64,000 nucleotides of DNA from an uncultured Actinomycetota bacterium (GTDB lineage Bacteria; Actinomycetota; Actinomycetes; JAHEKZ01), in NCBI GenBank assembly GCA_963743915.1, contig CAVURN010000002.1:352001-416000 (forward strand). The letters are read 5' to 3'. This document shows positions 44,836 through 57,117 of the stretch, in pieces. Within the stretch, counting starts at the first letter, position 1, and the number at the start of each line of letters is the position of its first letter. The position numbers and the translations under genes are program-made. A model generated the notes under the pieces. The model was not told the DNA's origin. It made no database searches and saw only the letters and a program-made list of their open reading frames with translations.

Positions 44836-46075
44836 GCCGGGGACTCCGTGGCGTCGATGCCGAACCAGCGCGCGGCCGTCGCGACGTCCTTGTCGCCGCG
44901 CCCGGAGAGGTTCACGACCAGCACCGCGTCGGGACCGAGCTCGCGACCGACGTGCAGAGCGCCGGCGAGCGCGTGGGCCGACTCGATGGCGGGGATGATG
45001 CCCTCGGTGCGGCAGAGCAGGGCGAAGGCCTCCATCGCCTCGGCGTCGGTGACCGGACGGTAGGTGGCGCGCCCGGTCTGGTGGAGCCAGGCGTGCTCGG
45101 GCCGACCCCCGGGTAGTCGAGCCCGGCCGAGATCGAGTGGCTCTCGACGGTCTGTCCCATGTCGTCCTGCAGCAGGAACGACCGGGCGCCGTGCAGCACC
45201 CCGGGCGCACCTCCGGTGATGGTCGCCGCGTGCCGGCCCGTCGCGACGCCCTCGCCTCCGGCCTCGAACCCGATGAGGGCGACGTCGGTGTCGTCACGGA
45301 AGGCGTGGAAGATGCCGATCGCGTTCGAGCCGCCACCGACGCAGGCGAGCACCGCGTCCGGCAGGCGTCCGACCAGGTCGAGCGTCTGCTGCCGCGCCTC
45401 TTCGCCGATCACCTTGTGGAACTCGCGCACCATCACCGGGAACGGGTGCGGTCCGGCCACGGTGCCCAGGAGGTAGTGCGTGGTGTCGACGTTGGTGACC
45501 CAGTCGCGCATCGCCTCGTTGATCGCGTCCTTGAGGGTGCGTGAGCCGCTCGTGACCGGGACCACCTCGGCACCGAGCAGCTGCATCCGGACGACGTTGA
45601 GCGCCTGGCGTCTGGTGTCCTCCTCCCCCATGTAGACCACGCACTCGAGACCGAGCAGGGCGCAGGCCGTCGCCGTGGCGACTCCGTGCTGGCCGGCTCC
45701 GGTCTCGGCGATCACCCGCGTCTTGCCCATGCGCCGGGTGAGGAGCGCCTGGCCCAGCACATTGTTGATCTTGTGCGACCCGGTGTGGTTGAGGTCCTCT
45801 CGCTTGAGCAGGATGCGGGCCCCGCCCGCGTGCTCGGAGAGCCGGGTCGCGTCGGTCAGCGGGCTCGGTCGTCCGGTGTAGGTGCGCTGCAGGTGGTCCA
45901 GCTCGGCCAGGAACGCGGGATCGACCCAGGCGGCCTCGAAGGCCGCGTTGAGCTCGTCGAGGGCGGCGACGAGCGCCTCGGGGACGAAGCGCCCACCGAA
46001 CTGCCCCCAGTGACCGGTGGCGTCCGGCGCGTGCCCCACCTGGGTCGTCGCGGGATGGTCGAGGTCGGTGGTCAC
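44832..46075 (-). CDS. trpB: Tryptophan synthase beta chain (frameshift ~45100)
   Basis: [59 protein letters not shown]. Confidence 0.95.
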
Positions 46076-46886
46076 GGTGTCCCTCTCGACGACGTCGGGT
46101 GTGCTCCGGCAGCGACCAGGTCGGCGACCGCGCTGCGCGGGTCGGCGCCGATGACGAGCGCCTCACCGACGAGGACGGCGTGCGCGCCCTTGCTGGGCGT
46201 AGCCGATCACGTCGGCCGGTGATCGGATGCCGGACTCGGCGACGCGCAGCACCTCGGTCGGGATCGAGGGCGCCACCCGCGCGAACGTCGACGGGTCGAC
46301 CTCGAGCGTCGTGAGGTCGCGGGCGTTGACCCCGATGAGGCGCGCTCCCGCGTCGACGGCCCGCGCCACCTCGTCGGTGTCGTGCACCTCGACCAGCGGC
46401 GTGAGACCCAGCGACTCCGCACGTTCCACGAGCGAGACCAGGGCAGGCTGCTCCAGCGCCGCGACGATGAGCAGGACCAGGTCGGCACCGGCCTCGCGCG
46501 CCTCCCACAGCTGGTAGCTGGTGACGATGAAGTCCTTGCGGAGCACGGGGACGTCGACGGCGTCGCGCACCGCCCGGAGGTCAGCGAGGCTTCCGCCGAA
46601 ACGCCGACCCTCGGTCAGCACCGAGATCGCATGCCGCGCCACCATCGGCGTACTGCCGGGCCAGTGCCGCCGGGTCGGCGATGCCGGCCAGCGCACCCTT
46701 GGACGGGGATGCGCGCTTCACCTCGGCGATGACCGCGGTGCCCGGGTGCTCGCGCAGCAGCGCGGCGGCGTCGCGCGGGGCCGGGGCGTCCGCCGCCGCG
46801 GCCTTGACCACGTCGAGCGGACGGACGGCCTCACGGGCGGCGAGGTCCTCGCGCACGCCGGCGACGATCTCGTCCAGAACGCTCAT
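46072..46886 (-). CDS. trpC: Indole-3-glycerol phosphate synthase (frameshifts ~46630 and ~46190)
   Basis: [44 protein letters not shown]. Confidence 0.93.
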
Positions 46887-46949
46887 CGACCCAGGGTATC
46901 GGCGGGATGCGGCCAACTGCGGCGGCAGGGTCGGCGGACGCCGGGTCGG

Positions 46950-47291
46950 TCAGGTGCTCGCCAACGCCCCGACGACCAGCAGGAGGAGAAGCGCCAGGAC
47001 CCCGAGCGCCAGCAGCGCGACCGCGACCCAACCGAGGATGATGCCGACCTTGGCCAGCCCCTCGCCCCCGAGCCGGCCACCAGACGCCGCGATCTCGTCG
47101 TTGGCCTGCTTGCCGACGATGATCGCTGCCACCCCGAGCACCTGGCAGGTCACGAGGCCGAGGATGCCCAGCACCAGTGCCGTGACCGCCTTGCCGGAGT
47201 TCGGAGGCGGTGCGCCGTAGGGCTGACCCGGCGGCACCCCCGGCACCCCCGGCGGCGGGGGTGGTGGGGGCGGGGGTGCCTCGTAGCTCAT
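46950..47291 (-). CDS. DUF4190 domain membrane protein
   Basis: Polyproline N-terminus; KAVTALVLGIL...GEGLAKVGIILG. Confidence 0.8.
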   Translation of the reverse strand: MSYEAPPPPPPPPPGVPGVPPGQPYGAPPPNSGKAVTALVLGILGLVTCQVLGVAAIIVGKQANDEIAASGGRLGGEGLAKVGIILGWVAVALLALGVLALLLLLVVGALAST

Positions 47292-47340
47292 GCCGACAAC
47301 CTCGGTTCGGGGGACGAAGCGGTTCGGGGGACGGTGAGGA

Positions 47341-48063
47341 TCAGGCCATCTCGACGACGGAGCCGCCACTGAGCCGGCGCCAGGCGTAGGCGACCGCGAT
47401 CGCCGTGATCGGGTAGGTGACGAAGAGCCCGATGCCGCACAGCAGCGCGCCGGCGAAGTTGATGAGCAGCGTCAGGATGAACAGCAGCAGCAGCGACCCC
47501 ACGTTGGCGGAGACGAGCTGCCAGGACATCTTCATCGCCTCGATGCCGTCGTCTGTACGTCCGTCGACGATCGCATAGCCGTAGAACGCGAAGAGGAAGG
47601 CGAGGATGAGCCCCGGGATGATGCACAGCAGGAACCCGACCCCGACGGCGAGGCCGACCAGGATCGACGCGATCAGGTACGGAACCAGTCCCTCGGTCTG
47701 GAAGAGCATCCCGACCTCGGGGGTCCGTCCGTCGACGACGGCCAGCGCGGCCCGGATCAGACCCATCGCGAGGATCAGCGACACGACCGTGGTGAAGATG
47801 TTCCAGACCATCACGATCACCCAGCTGTCCAGGATCCACTGCCCGGCCAGCGAGAGACCGAACGAGACCAGGACGACGACGAGCGCGATGAGGATCAGCG
47901 CGCCGGCGTTGCGGGTGAACCCGTTCCAGCCGTAGCTGATGGCGGCACCGGCGTCCAAGGGGGCACCGGAGGGTCCTGGGGGCGGCGGCGATCCGGGGCC
48001 TGGCGGCATGCCGGGCGGCGGCGGGACGTCTCCGGGCGGCGGCGGGGGCGTGTAGTCGGACAT
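47341..48063 (-). CDS. Proline-rich integral membrane protein
   Basis: Pro-rich N-terminus, several TM helices, AISYGWNGF, LLCIIPG, GALLCGIGL. Confidence 0.8.
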   Translation of the reverse strand: MSDYTPPPPPGDVPPPPGMPPGPGSPPPPGPSGAPLDAGAAISYGWNGFTRNAGALILIALVVVLVSFGLSLAGQWILDSWVIVMVWNIFTTVVSLILAMGLIRAALAVVDGRTPEVGMLFQTEGLVPYLIASILVGLAVGVGFLLCIIPGLILAFLFAFYGYAIVDGRTDDGIEAMKMSWQLVSANVGSLLLLFILTLLINFAGALLCGIGLFVTYPITAIAVAYAWRRLSGGSVVEMA

Positions 48064-48184
48064 GGTTCCTCGATTCGGTCCCTCGGGCGGAGGGGGCACC
48101 CTCCGGGCCGGTCGCGACGACCTACCGAGGGCTCACGCTAGCGAGCCTCGGTGCGAAACGGGGGGATTTGCCGCCGCGTCCGCC

Positions 48185-48619
48185 TCAGGCGGTGGAGGAG
48201 AGCCACGGGAACCAGGGCAGGTTGCGGACGACGCCGAACAGGATCGTGGCCACCAGGACGCTGCCCCACAGCCAGCGCGCGCCCCGCGCGCCGGTCAGCG
48301 AGCGCCCCCGCGCCGCGCTCACCGCGAGGACCGCTCCCACCAGCAGGAAGAGCGGCAGCAGCAGGTTGAAGTCGAGGGCAGCACCGACGTCCCCCTGGAG
48401 CAGGGCGTGCGTGCCCCGCAACCCCCCGCAGAGCGGGCAGTCCAGACCGGTCAGCGCCCGGAGGGGGCAGACGCCGTACGCACCGGGGGTGTTGGGGTCG
48501 CGGGCCAGCAGCAGGCCGGTCGCCGCGGCTCCGCCGGCCACCCAGGCAGCGACCCGCCAGGTGCTGCGACCCGGGCGCAGGCTTCCGGAGCGGGTCGGCG
48601 ACGGCTGCAGCGCGGTCAT
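48185..48619 (-). CDS. DUF2752 domain membrane protein
   Basis: CPLRALTGLDCPLCGGLRGTHALLQGD. Confidence 0.88.
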   Translation of the reverse strand: MTALQPSPTRSGSLRPGRSTWRVAAWVAGGAAATGLLLARDPNTPGAYGVCPLRALTGLDCPLCGGLRGTHALLQGDVGAALDFNLLLPLFLLVGAVLAVSAARGRSLTGARGARWLWGSVLVATILFGVVRNLPWFPWLSSTA

Positions 48620-48635
48620 GGCCTCGGCGGTGCGC

Positions 48636-48863
48636 TCAGGCCGCCGCCGACTGCGACGGCGGCGTGGGGTGGGCACCCATGCCCATCATCTGCATCACCT
48701 TGCCGGCGACCACTCCGACGACCACGAGGGCGCAGCCGACCCAGAAGAGCCAGGGCTGCGACAGCAGCACGCCGATCCCACCGACGACGAAGGCCACCAT
48801 GACGATGGTGACGGCGGTCCATGCAGCCGGGGTGGATCCGTGGTCGTCGTGCGCGGCGGACAT
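48636..48863 (-). CDS. HGxxPAAW family small membrane protein
   Basis: HGSTPAAW motif followed by 2 TM helices. Confidence 0.88.
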   Translation of the reverse strand: MSAAHDDHGSTPAAWTAVTIVMVAFVVGGIGVLLSQPWLFWVGCALVVVGVVAGKVMQMMGMGAHPTPPSQSAAA

Positions 48864-48928
48864 CGGTTCTCCTTGTAGGTCGGAAGCTCACCCATTCTGG
48901 CACTGCGTGGGGCAGAAGTCCCGGCAGG

Positions 48929-49366
48929 TCAGCGTTCCGGCGACTCGCTCGTCGGGTCCTCTCCCCGGTCCAACGCCTTCCAGAGGTCACGCGGATCGGA
49001 GACGGTCTCGGCAGCGGGCCCGCCGCGTTCGTAGCGTCTCGAGAGTGGTGGCCACGACGGTCCGCGCCACGCCAGGAGGACGCCCGCCACACCCATCGTC
49101 CCGGCCGCCGTCCAGGCGGCCAGGTCTGCTGCGTCGGCGCTGAGGAGTGGGGCGAGCACCGCAGCGATCCCCACGACGAGACCGAGCGGCAGCCGCCCGC
49201 GTGGTGGGACCGCGAACAGCGCCGGAACCGTCGCGACGGCAAGCACCGTCAGCCCGCTCGCGGCAGCGACATCACTCGCGAGTCCGGCCACCGCGGACAC
49301 CGCCAGCAGCACGAGCACCGGCCCTCGACCTGCGAGTCGTTGCCGACCGGTCGCGACGCCTGTCAT
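48929..49366 (-). CDS. Trp biosynthesis-associated membrane protein
   Basis: TM helices; C-terminal WPPLSRRYER...LWKALDRGEDPT; follows trpE. Confidence 0.78.
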   Translation of the reverse strand: MTGVATGRQRLAGRGPVLVLLAVSAVAGLASDVAAASGLTVLAVATVPALFAVPPRGRLPLGLVVGIAAVLAPLLSADAADLAAWTAAGTMGVAGVLLAWRGPSWPPLSRRYERGGPAAETVSDPRDLWKALDRGEDPTSESPER

Positions 49367-49373
49367 CGGCGGT

Positions 49374-50880
49374 TCACGGGGCCCGCAGCGTGGCAGCGGT
49401 GGCGACGGCTCGCAGGACGGCGGTGGCCTTGTTCACCGACTCGCGGTGCTCCGCCTCGGGGTCGGAGTCGGCCACGATGCCTCCACCGGCCTGGACGTAG
49501 GCCCGACCCGTCGCGGAGCAGCGCGGTGCGGATGGCGATCGCCATGTCCATGTCGCCGGCGAAGTCGAGGTAGCCGACCGTCCCCCCGTACAGGCCACGT
49601 CGACTCGGCTCGAGCTCGTCGATGAGCTCCATCGCCCGCACCTTGGGAGCGCCCGACAGCGTGCCTGCCGGAAAGGTGGCGGCCAGCACGTCGAACGCCG
49701 TGCGGCCCGGGGCGATCTCACCGACCACCGTCGACACGATGTGCATGACGTGCGAGTAGCGCTCGACCGACATGAAGTCGACGACCTCGACCGTGCCCGC
49801 GCTGCAGACGCGTCCGAGGTCGTTGCGGGCCAGGTCGACCAGCATGAGGTGCTCGGCCCGCTCCTTCTCGTCGGCGAGCAGGTCGGAGGCGAGGGCGGCG
49901 TCCTGCTCGGGTGTCTCCCCGCGCCAACGGGTACCTGCGATGGGGTGCGCCAGGGCACGGCCCTCCGCCACCTTGACGAGTGCCTCGGGGCTGGACCCCA
50001 CGATGTCGAACCCCTCGAAGCGCAGCAGGTACATGTAGGGGCTCGGATTCACCGCGCGCAGCACGCGGTACACGTCGAGCGCATCGGCCGGACAGTCGAT
50101 CTCGAACCGCTGGCTGACCACGACCTGGAACGCGTCCCCGTCGCGGATCGCTTCCTTCGCCTGCTCAACCGCGTGCAGGAAGTCCGCGTGCTCGGTGCGC
50201 GAGCTGTACCGAAGCGGCACGTCGGCGTCGACGACGGCGACCGTGGATGCGGCGGGGACGGCCAGGTCGGAGGTCATGCGGTCCAGCCGCGCGACCGCGT
50301 CGGCCCACGCCTCGTCCACGCGCGCGTCGGTGGCGTCGTAGTTGATGGCGTTGGCGATGAGCAGGACGCTGCCGTCGGCGTGGTCGAGCACCGCGAGGTC
50401 GGTGGCGAGCATCAATCCGAGCTCGGGCAGGCGCAGCTCGTCGGCGGCCTTCGACGGCAACCGCTCCCACCGCCGCACGACGTCGTAGCCCAGGTAGCCG
50501 ACAAGACCGCCGGTCAGCGGCGGCAGGTCGGGCTGTCGCGGGGTGTGCAGCGTCTGCAGCACCTCCTGGAGCACGCTCAGTGGGTCGCCGGTGAGGGGGA
50601 CGCCTACCGGCGGCTCCCCACCCGTCCAGTGCGCCTGCCCGTCGCGCTCGGACAGGACGGCGTGGGAGCGAGCACCCACGATGGAGTAGCGCGACCACAC
50701 CCCGCCGTGCTCGGCGGACTCCAGCAGGAACGTGCCAGGACGGTCCAGGGCCAGCTTGCGGTAGAGGCCGACGGGCGTCTCGGCGTCCGCCATGAGGCGA
50801 CGCACGACCGGGATGACCCGGCGGTCCGCGGCGAGCGCCCGGAACTGCTCCAGCGTCGGGCTGACGGCTCCGCTGCTCAC
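49374..50880 (-). CDS. trpE: Anthranilate synthase component I (frameshift ~49505)
   Basis: [56 protein letters not shown]. Confidence 0.95.
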
Positions 50881-51257
50881 GTGTCCTCCGGTGACGGACC
50901 GGTGACCGACGGGATCACGCCGTCGTCGAAGCAGGTGCGGGTGCCGGTGTGGCAGGCGGGTCCGACCTGGTCCACCTTGACGACCAGGGTGTCGCCGTCG
51001 CAGTCGAGCCGGACCTCCTTCACCCACTGGACGTGGCCGGAGGTGTCGCCCTTGCGCCAGTAGTCCTGGCGGCTGCGGCTGAAGTACGTGACGCGCCCGG
51101 TCGTCAGCGTCCGGCGCAGCGCCTCGTCGTCCATCCACCCGACCATCAGCACCTCACCGGTGTCGAACTGCTGGGCCACCGCAGGAAGCAGGCCACCGGC
51201 GTCGCGCTTGAGCCGGGCGGCGACGGCCGGGTCGAGGCCGTGGGCGGAGCTGGACAT
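50877..51257 (-). CDS. hisI: Phosphoribosyl-AMP cyclohydrolase
   Basis: [30 protein letters not shown]. Confidence 0.96.
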   Translation of the reverse strand: MSSSAHGLDPAVAARLKRDAGGLLPAVAQQFDTGEVLMVGWMDDEALRRTLTTGRVTYFSRSRQDYWRKGDTSGHVQWVKEVRLDCDGDTLVVKVDQVGPACHTGTRTCFDDGVIPSVTGPSPEDT

Positions 51258-51323
51258 GGGTGTCATTCTGCCGGTCGGCACCCCGAAGTCGCGTCGGAGC
51301 CCCGCGCGGGAGAGGCTGCTGGC

Positions 51324-51965
51324 ATGGGAACCGTCACTCTGGCACGACGCGAACGCGCCGCTCTCGCCGACCTGCTCGACGAGGTCGGCCCAGACGCCCC
51401 CACGCTCTGCGCCGGGTGGACGACCCGGGAGCTGGCGGCTCACCTCGTGCTGAGAGAGAGCCATCCCGCTGCGACGGGCATCGCCGTCCCCGCGCTGGCG
51501 CACTGGACCGAGTCGAAGCAGCGCGCTCTGGCGGAACAGCCGTACCCTTCGCTGGTCGCGCGCTTCCGTGGCGGCCCTCCGCTGATCTCGCCGCTGCGGC
51601 TGCCCAAGGCGGACAGCCTCGCCAACACCTTCGAGCACTTCGTCCACCAGGAGGACGTCCGGCGCGCGGCGGCGGAGTGGGAGCCCCGCCCCCTGACCGA
51701 GCGGGACCAAGGAGTCCTGTGGTCGCAGCTGCGCGCGCGCCTGCGCCTGTTCGTCCGAGGGGCACCGGTCGCGGTGCGGGTCGTCGCCCCCGGCTTCGGC
51801 GAGGCCACCGTCGGTGGCGGCGACGGCGCGGACACCGTGACCCTCACCGGGCCACCCGGTGAGCTGGTGCTCTACCTGCACGGACGACGCGAGCAGGCGT
51901 TGGTCGAGGTGTCGGGGGCCGACACCGCGCGCGCCGCGTGGACGGAGCACACGCTGCGCGTGTAG
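51324..51965 (+). CDS. TIGR03085 family metal-binding protein (mycothiol-dependent isomerase-like)
   Basis: ERAALADLL...[20 protein letters not shown]...[12 protein letters not shown]. Confidence 0.85.
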   Translation: MGTVTLARRERAALADLLDEVGPDAPTLCAGWTTRELAAHLVLRESHPAATGIAVPALAHWTESKQRALAEQPYPSLVARFRGGPPLISPLRLPKADSLANTFEHFVHQEDVRRAAAEWEPRPLTERDQGVLWSQLRARLRLFVRGAPVAVRVVAPGFGEATVGGGDGADTVTLTGPPGELVLYLHGRREQALVEVSGADTARAAWTEHTLRV

Positions 51966-51983
51966 CTGGGGTCCAGCCGCTCG

Positions 51984-52751
51984 TCAGCGCACGACGTGGC
52001 CGGCGCGACGGAGGCGGTCCTTGACGTCGGCGATGGTGAGCTCGCCGAAGTGGAAGACGCTGGCAGCCAGCACCGCATCGGCACCGACGTCGACGGCCTG
52101 ACAGAAGTGGTCCAGGCTGCCCGCGCCACCGCTGGCCACCAGCGGGAGGTGCGTGCGCGCCCGGACCCGTCCGATCATCTCGAGGTCGAACCCGTCCCGG
52201 GTGCCGTCCGCATCCATCGAGTTCAGCAGGATCTCCCCCGCCCCGAGCAGCTCAGCCCGCTCCACCCACGCCAGCGCGTCGATCCCTGTGCCCTGGCGGC
52301 CACCGTGGGTGGTGACCTCGAACCCGGACGGCGTCTCCGCGCCGCGCGACCTGCGCGCGTCGACACTCAGCACCAGGACCTGACGGCCGAACCGTTCGGC
52401 GATCTCGGAGATCAGCTCGGGACGCGCGATCGCCGCGGTGTTCACGCCGACCTTGTCCGCCCCTTCCCGGAGGAGCCGGTCCACGTCGCTGACCGACCGG
52501 ACCCCTCCCCCGACCGTGAGCGGGATGAACACCTCACCGGCGGTCTGGTGGACGACGTCGTAGGTGGTCGAGCGGTCTGCGCTCGACGCGGTGATGTCCA
52601 GGAAGGTGAGCTCATCTGCCCCCTCGGCGTCGTAGCGGCGCGCGAGCTCCACGGGGTCGCCGGCGTCACGCAGGTTCGTGAAGTTGACGCCCTTGACCAC
52701 CCGTCCCGCGTCGACGTCGAGACAAGGGATCACCCGCACAGCCAACGTCAT
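51984..52751 (-). CDS. hisF: Imidazole glycerol phosphate synthase cyclase subunit
   Basis: [33 protein letters not shown]. Confidence 0.97.
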   Translation of the reverse strand: MTLAVRVIPCLDVDAGRVVKGVNFTNLRDAGDPVELARRYDAEGADELTFLDITASSADRSTTYDVVHQTAGEVFIPLTVGGGVRSVSDVDRLLREGADKVGVNTAAIARPELISEIAERFGRQVLVLSVDARRSRGAETPSGFEVTTHGGRQGTGIDALAWVERAELLGAGEILLNSMDADGTRDGFDLEMIGRVRARTHLPLVASGGAGSLDHFCQAVDVGADAVLAASVFHFGELTIADVKDRLRRAGHVVR

Positions 52752-52760
52752 GGGTCGAGC

Positions 52761-53102
52761 CTAGGTTCCCGCCCAGGTGCGGGCGAGGTCGACCAGAGCC
52801 CGCTCACGCCGCCCCCGCAGATGGCCTGCGGTGCCCCACAGCCGGGCGCGGAACGACTCGTGCAGGACGATCTCGGTCACCCCGGCGCCCGAGTCCTCGA
52901 GTCGCGCGACCCCCTCGTGCTCCCTGACCGGGAGACCGCCGACCAACGCGTAGCGGAGCAGCCGCGGAGGCTCGGCGTGGGTGACGCGGAAGGTCAGGTC
53001 CGCCCCGGGCATGGGAGGCCAGGAGCGGGGGTCGTGGACCACGGTCCAGAGGTCCTCGGCATCCCGGGACGTGCGGAGCCGCACCTCGACCTCGACCCGC
53101 AT
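52761..53102 (-). CDS. SRPBCC-like small protein
   Basis: 113 aa; LWTVVHDPRSW, EPPRLLRY; fills the gap in operon orientation. Confidence 0.55.
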   Translation of the reverse strand: MRVEVEVRLRTSRDAEDLWTVVHDPRSWPPMPGADLTFRVTHAEPPRLLRYALVGGLPVREHEGVARLEDSGAGVTEIVLHESFRARLWGTAGHLRGRRERALVDLARTWAGT

Positions 53103-53114
53103 GTCAGTCGTCCG

Positions 53115-53516
53115 TCACGTGTCGGGGTGCTGGCGTGCGTCGAGCTCCACCTCGACGAGCAGACGCGGATCGATGAGTCCGGCGACGACCACCATGGTGG
53201 CGGCCGGCGGCGCCGCCCCGAAGAGGTCACCGTGCACCGCTCCCACGGCATCGGTGTCGGCGCGGTCGGTGACGTACATGCGGGTGCGCACCACGTGCTC
53301 GGCGCGCATCCCGAGCTCGGTGAGGGCACCGAGCGCGACGGCGAACGCCTGCCGTGCCTGACCGGCGGCGTCCGCAGCGGGTTCGTCTCCCCCGCTCACC
53401 GCCGTGGTTCCCGACACCCACGCCTCGTCACCGATCCGCAGCGCCCGGCGGTACCCGAACCGGGACTCCCACGGTGCTCCGGTCCCGACGGTGCGGCGTC
53501 CGCGTGCGCCGGTCAC
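53115..53516 (-). CDS. RidA/YjgF family protein
   Basis: [35 protein letters not shown]. Confidence 0.9.
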   Translation of the reverse strand: MTGARGRRTVGTGAPWESRFGYRRALRIGDEAWVSGTTAVSGGDEPAADAAGQARQAFAVALGALTELGMRAEHVVRTRMYVTDRADTDAVGAVHGDLFGAAPPAATMVVVAGLIDPRLLVEVELDARQHPDT

Positions 53517-54250
53517 GAGCTGGACACCGTCGCCAGTGCCTCCTGCAGGGTGAAGGCACCGGCGTACAGAGCCTTGCCGACGATGGCGCCCTCGACACCG
53601 ATCGGCACCAGTGCGGCGATCGCCTCGAGGTCGGCGAGCGAGGAGACGCCTCCGCTGGCGACCACCGGTCGGTCGGTGCGGGTACAGACCGCCGTGAGCA
53701 GCTCCAGGTTCGGGCCCTGGAGGGTGCCGTCCTTGGCGACGTCGGTGACGACGTAGCGCGCGCAGCCGTCGCGGTCGAGCCGGTCCAGCGTCTCCCAGAG
53801 GTCGCCACCTTCTTGCGTCCAGCCACGCGCCGCGAGCGTGGTGCCGCGCACGTCGAGCCCCACCGCGATCCGGTCACCATGCTCGGCGATCGCCTTGGCA
53901 CACCACGTCGGGCTCTCCAGCGCCGCCGTGCCGAGATTGACCCGGCGACATCCTGTGGCGAGCGCGGCGTCCAGCGACGCATCGTCGCGGATGCCACCGC
54001 TCAGCTCGACGTCCACGTCGAGGCGACCGACCACCTCCGCGAGCAGCTCGCGGTTGCTGCCGCGTCCGAAGGCTGCGTCGAGGTCGACGAGGTGGATCCA
54101 CTCCGCGCCCGCCTGCTGCCAGGCCAGCGCTGCCGCCCAGGGGTCGCCGTAGGAGGTCTCCGAGCCGGCCTCGCCCTGGACCAGGCGCACTGCCTGTCCG
54201 TCTGCGACGTCGACAGCCGGCAACAGCTGCAGACGAGGGGCGGCGTTCAC
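53513..54250 (-). CDS. hisA: Phosphoribosyl isomerase A (bifunctional HisA/TrpF)
   Basis: [45 protein letters not shown]. Confidence 0.95.
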   Translation of the reverse strand: MNAAPRLQLLPAVDVADGQAVRLVQGEAGSETSYGDPWAAALAWQQAGAEWIHLVDLDAAFGRGSNRELLAEVVGRLDVDVELSGGIRDDASLDAALATGCRRVNLGTAALESPTWCAKAIAEHGDRIAVGLDVRGTTLAARGWTQEGGDLWETLDRLDRDGCARYVVTDVAKDGTLQGPNLELLTAVCTRTDRPVVASGGVSSLADLEAIAALVPIGVEGAIVGKALYAGAFTLQEALATVSSS

Positions 54251-54276
54251 GGCGGGAAGCCTAGCCACGGCCGCTG

Positions 54277-54624
54277 TCAGAGGTGGACGCGGCGTTCCGG
54301 GTCCCACACGAGCCAGACGATCAGCGGGACGGCGATCGTCGTGATGGTCAGCCCGAACCATCGGGCGTTCCATGTGTCGGTGAAGACCCAGATCAGCGCA
54401 TTGGCCGCCAACCAGAGCCCGAACACGACCCAGAGCCTCCGTCGCTGCCGCTGCTCGCGGGCCGACCGCACCTTCTTCTTCTGGGCCGGCTTCTGCCCGG
54501 GCCTCTGGCCACCTCGCGGACGGGCCTCGGACCCGACGGCGTTCGCTGCCGCACCGTCGCGGGTCCTCGGCGCGCGCTTCTTCGCCCGCTGCTCGGCCCG
54601 GCGCCTCGCCTTCTGCTTGCTCAT
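54277..54624 (-). CDS. Hypothetical membrane protein (basic N-terminus, 2 TM helices)
   Basis: [13 protein letters not shown]...; C-terminal TM helices; fused to hisH in the ORF track only through a frameshift. Confidence 0.65.
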   Translation of the reverse strand: MSKQKARRRAEQRAKKRAPRTRDGAAANAVGSEARPRGGQRPGQKPAQKKKVRSAREQRQRRRLWVVFGLWLAANALIWVFTDTWNARWFGLTITTIAVPLIVWLVWDPERRVHL

Positions 54625-54635
54625 GTCAGGTGAGG

Positions 54636-55275
54636 CTAGAGGGTTCGGAGCCAGTTGCGGAGCAGCTGCCAGCCCCGCGTCACCGGACTTCTCCGGGTGG
54701 AACTGCGTGGCCGACAACGGTCCGCCTTCGACCGCCGCCACGAACCGGCTGCCGTGCGTGGACCACGTCACGACCGGCGAGGGGAGCTGAGCGTCAGGCT
54801 CGAGCACCCAGTCCCGGACGCCATACGAGTGGACGAAGTAGAAGCGCTCCCCCTCGACGCCCGCGAACAGCTCGGAGCCGGACGCCACCTCCACGGTGTT
54901 CCACCCCATGTGGGGCAGCACCGGGGCGTCGAGGCGCTCGACGACGCCCGGCCACCGTCCGAATCCCGCCGTCTCCACGCCGTGTTCCACGCCGCTGCCG
55001 AACATCACCTGCATGCCGACGCAGATGCCGAGGACCGGCCGGCCCTCCACGAGACGTCGATCGACCAGCTCGGACGCGTGCAGAGCCGCCAGTCCCTGCA
55101 TGCACGCGGCGAACGCCCCGACCCCGGGGACCACCAGGCCATCGGCCTCCAGTGATGCGCTGCGGTCGGAGGTCACGGTGACGTCGGCGCCGGCGCGCTC
55201 CAGGGCGCGAGAGGCCGAGCGGACGTTGCCCGACCCGTAGTCGAGCACGACCACCGAGCGGCGCTGTCCGCTCAC
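54636..55275 (-). CDS. hisH: Imidazole glycerol phosphate synthase glutaminase subunit (1-nt insertion ~54670)
   Basis: [41 protein letters not shown]; [11 protein letters not shown] in the shifted frame. Confidence 0.93.
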
Positions 55276-55427
55276 AGGTACAACCACCCCGCCAGAGCAC
55301 AGAGCAGCCCGAACACCACGAGCAGCACCGCGGACCACACCGGTTTGCGCCCCGTGTAGAAGGCGTAGGCGCCGCCGAAGCAGAAGCCGGCGAGGGCGAA
55401 GAACAGGACCGAGAGGTACTCGGTCAT
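55272..55427 (-). CDS. Small hydrophobic protein (51 aa)
   Basis: [23 protein letters not shown]...LAGWLYL*; translationally coupled to hisB and hisH. Confidence 0.7.
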   Translation of the reverse strand: MTEYLSVLFFALAGFCFGGAYAFYTGRKPVWSAVLLVVFGLLCALAGWLYL

Positions 55428-56029
55428 GCGCCGAGCGTGCCCTTGGTCGAGGGGACACCGGTGACACGCGCATCGAGGCTCACCGCGTCGCGCAGGGCGC
55501 GGGCCACCGCCTTGAACTGCGCCTCGACCACGTGGTGGGCGTTGCGCCCCGTCTGCACCTCGACGTGGAGGGTGATCCGTGCCTCCGCCACGACCGACTC
55601 CCAGATGTGCCGGGTGAGTGTGGTGTCGTACGTGCCGATCAGCTCGACCAGCTCCGGCTCGGAGTGCACGAGGTAGGGCCGCCCTGAGAGGTCGACGGCG
55701 GCCAGCACGCGGGTCTCGTCGAGCGGCACCACCGCAGAACCGAACCGCCGGACACCGGACTTGTCACCGAGCGCCTCGCGCAGGGCCTGTCCGACGGCGA
55801 GCGAGGTGTCCTCGACCGTGTGGTGCGCGTCGACGTCGAGGTCGCCCTTCGTCTGCACGGTGAGGTCGAGCCAGCCGTGCTTGCCGAGCTGGGAGAGCAT
55901 GTGGTCGAAGAAGGGCACGCCGGTGTCGACGTCGACCTGGCCGGTGCCGTCCAGCGCCAGCTCGACCAGCACGGACGACTCCTTGGTGGCGCGCTCCACC
56001 CGAGCGGCACGCGGTGCGGTGGACGTCAT
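55424..56029 (-). CDS. hisB: Imidazoleglycerol-phosphate dehydratase
   Basis: [34 protein letters not shown]. Confidence 0.97.
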   Translation of the reverse strand: MTSTAPRAARVERATKESSVLVELALDGTGQVDVDTGVPFFDHMLSQLGKHGWLDLTVQTKGDLDVDAHHTVEDTSLAVGQALREALGDKSGVRRFGSAVVPLDETRVLAAVDLSGRPYLVHSEPELVELIGTYDTTLTRHIWESVVAEARITLHVEVQTGRNAHHVVEAQFKAVARALRDAVSLDARVTGVPSTKGTLGA

Positions 56030-57117
56030 GCGACGGACTCCTTCGTGATGGCGGTGAGGGCCGTGAGGAACGCGGTCGTCTCCTCCGGGGTGCCGGCGGT
56101 GACACGCAGATGACCAGGAACTCCGACGTCCCGGATCAGGACGCTCGCCTCGAGCAGCCGGCGCCACAGGACCGACTGGTCGTCGACGCCGCCGAAGAAG
56201 ACGAAGTTGGCGTCGGAGGGGTACACGTCGTAGCCCAGGTCGGTGAGGGTGTCGACGATGCGGTCGCGCTGCACCTTCAGCGCCTCCACCCACCGGAGCA
56301 GCTCGTCGGCGTGGGTGAGCGCCGCACGACCGACGGCCTGGGTGACCGCTGACAGGTGGTAGGGCAGGCGCACCAGCTGCAGTGCGTCGACCACGGCCGG
56401 GTTCGCGACCGCGTAGCCCAGGCGGGCACCGGCCAGCTCGAGCGCCTTGCTCAGCGTGCGCACCACGACCAGGCGCTCACGCCCGGGAAGCAGGGTGCAG
56501 GCGCTGGGCCGGTCGGAGAACTCCGCGTACGCCTCGTCGACGACGACCAGTGCCCGCGTCTCGTCACACACCTGCGCGACGACCTCGAGCTCGAGCGAGG
56601 TGCCGGTGGGGTTGTTCGGGGAGCAGAGGAACACCACGTCCGGATCGTGCTCAGCGACCGCCTGCCGGATGTCGACGACCGTGAGCGCGAATCCGTCGCC
56701 CCGCGCAGCGCTCCGGTACTCGGTACCCGTGCCCCGCGCGATCAGTCGGTGCATCGAGTAGGTCGGCTCGAACCCCAGCGCCCGACGTCCGCTGCCGCCG
56801 AACGCCTGCAGCAGCTGCTGGAGCACCTCGTTGCTGCCGTTGGCCGGCCACACGGCGTCTGCGGCCACGTCCGCACCCGTCCGCGCCCGCACGTAGCCCG
56901 CGAGCGACTCACGCAGCAGGACCGCGTCGCGGTCGGGGTACCGGTTCAGCCCGAAGGCGGCATCGGTGACCTGCTCGACGATGGACGCCACCACTGCGGC
57001 ACCCGGTGCGTACGGATTCTCGTTGGTGTTCAGGCGGACGGCGACGTCGATCTGCGGTGCGCCGTACGGGGTCTGCCCCCGGAGCTCGTCGCGCAGCGGC
57101 AGGTCGTCGAGTCCCAT
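56026..57117 (-). CDS. hisC: Histidinol-phosphate aminotransferase
   Basis: LNTNENP, NGSNE, SPNNPTG, DEAY, RTLSKA, RLGY. Confidence 0.96.
   Translation of the reverse strand: MGLDDLPLRDELRGQTPYGAPQIDVAVRLNTNENPYAPGAAVVASIVEQVTDAAFGLNRYPDRDAVLLRESLAGYVRARTGADVAADAVWPANGSNEVLQQLLQAFGGSGRRALGFEPTYSMHRLIARGTGTEYRSAARGDGFALTVVDIRQAVAEHDPDVVFLCSPNNPTGTSLELEVVAQVCDETRALVVVDEAYAEFSDRPSACTLLPGRERLVVVRTLSKALELAGARLGYAVANPAVVDALQLVRLPYHLSAVTQAVGRAALTHADELLRWVEALKVQRDRIVDTLTDLGYDVYPSDANFVFFGGVDDQSVLWRRLLEASVLIRDVGVPGHLRVTAGTPEETTAFLTALTAITKESVA

Noticed and set aside
47230-48060. G-rich runs resembling G-quadruplex motifs
   Set aside because: They are the complement of polyproline codons in two membrane protein N-termini.
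54277-55473. Apparent HisH-membrane protein fusion in the ORF track
   Set aside because: Removing one G near 54670 restores the normal HisH end [11 protein letters not shown] at 54636; the downstream gene has its own ATG at 54624.
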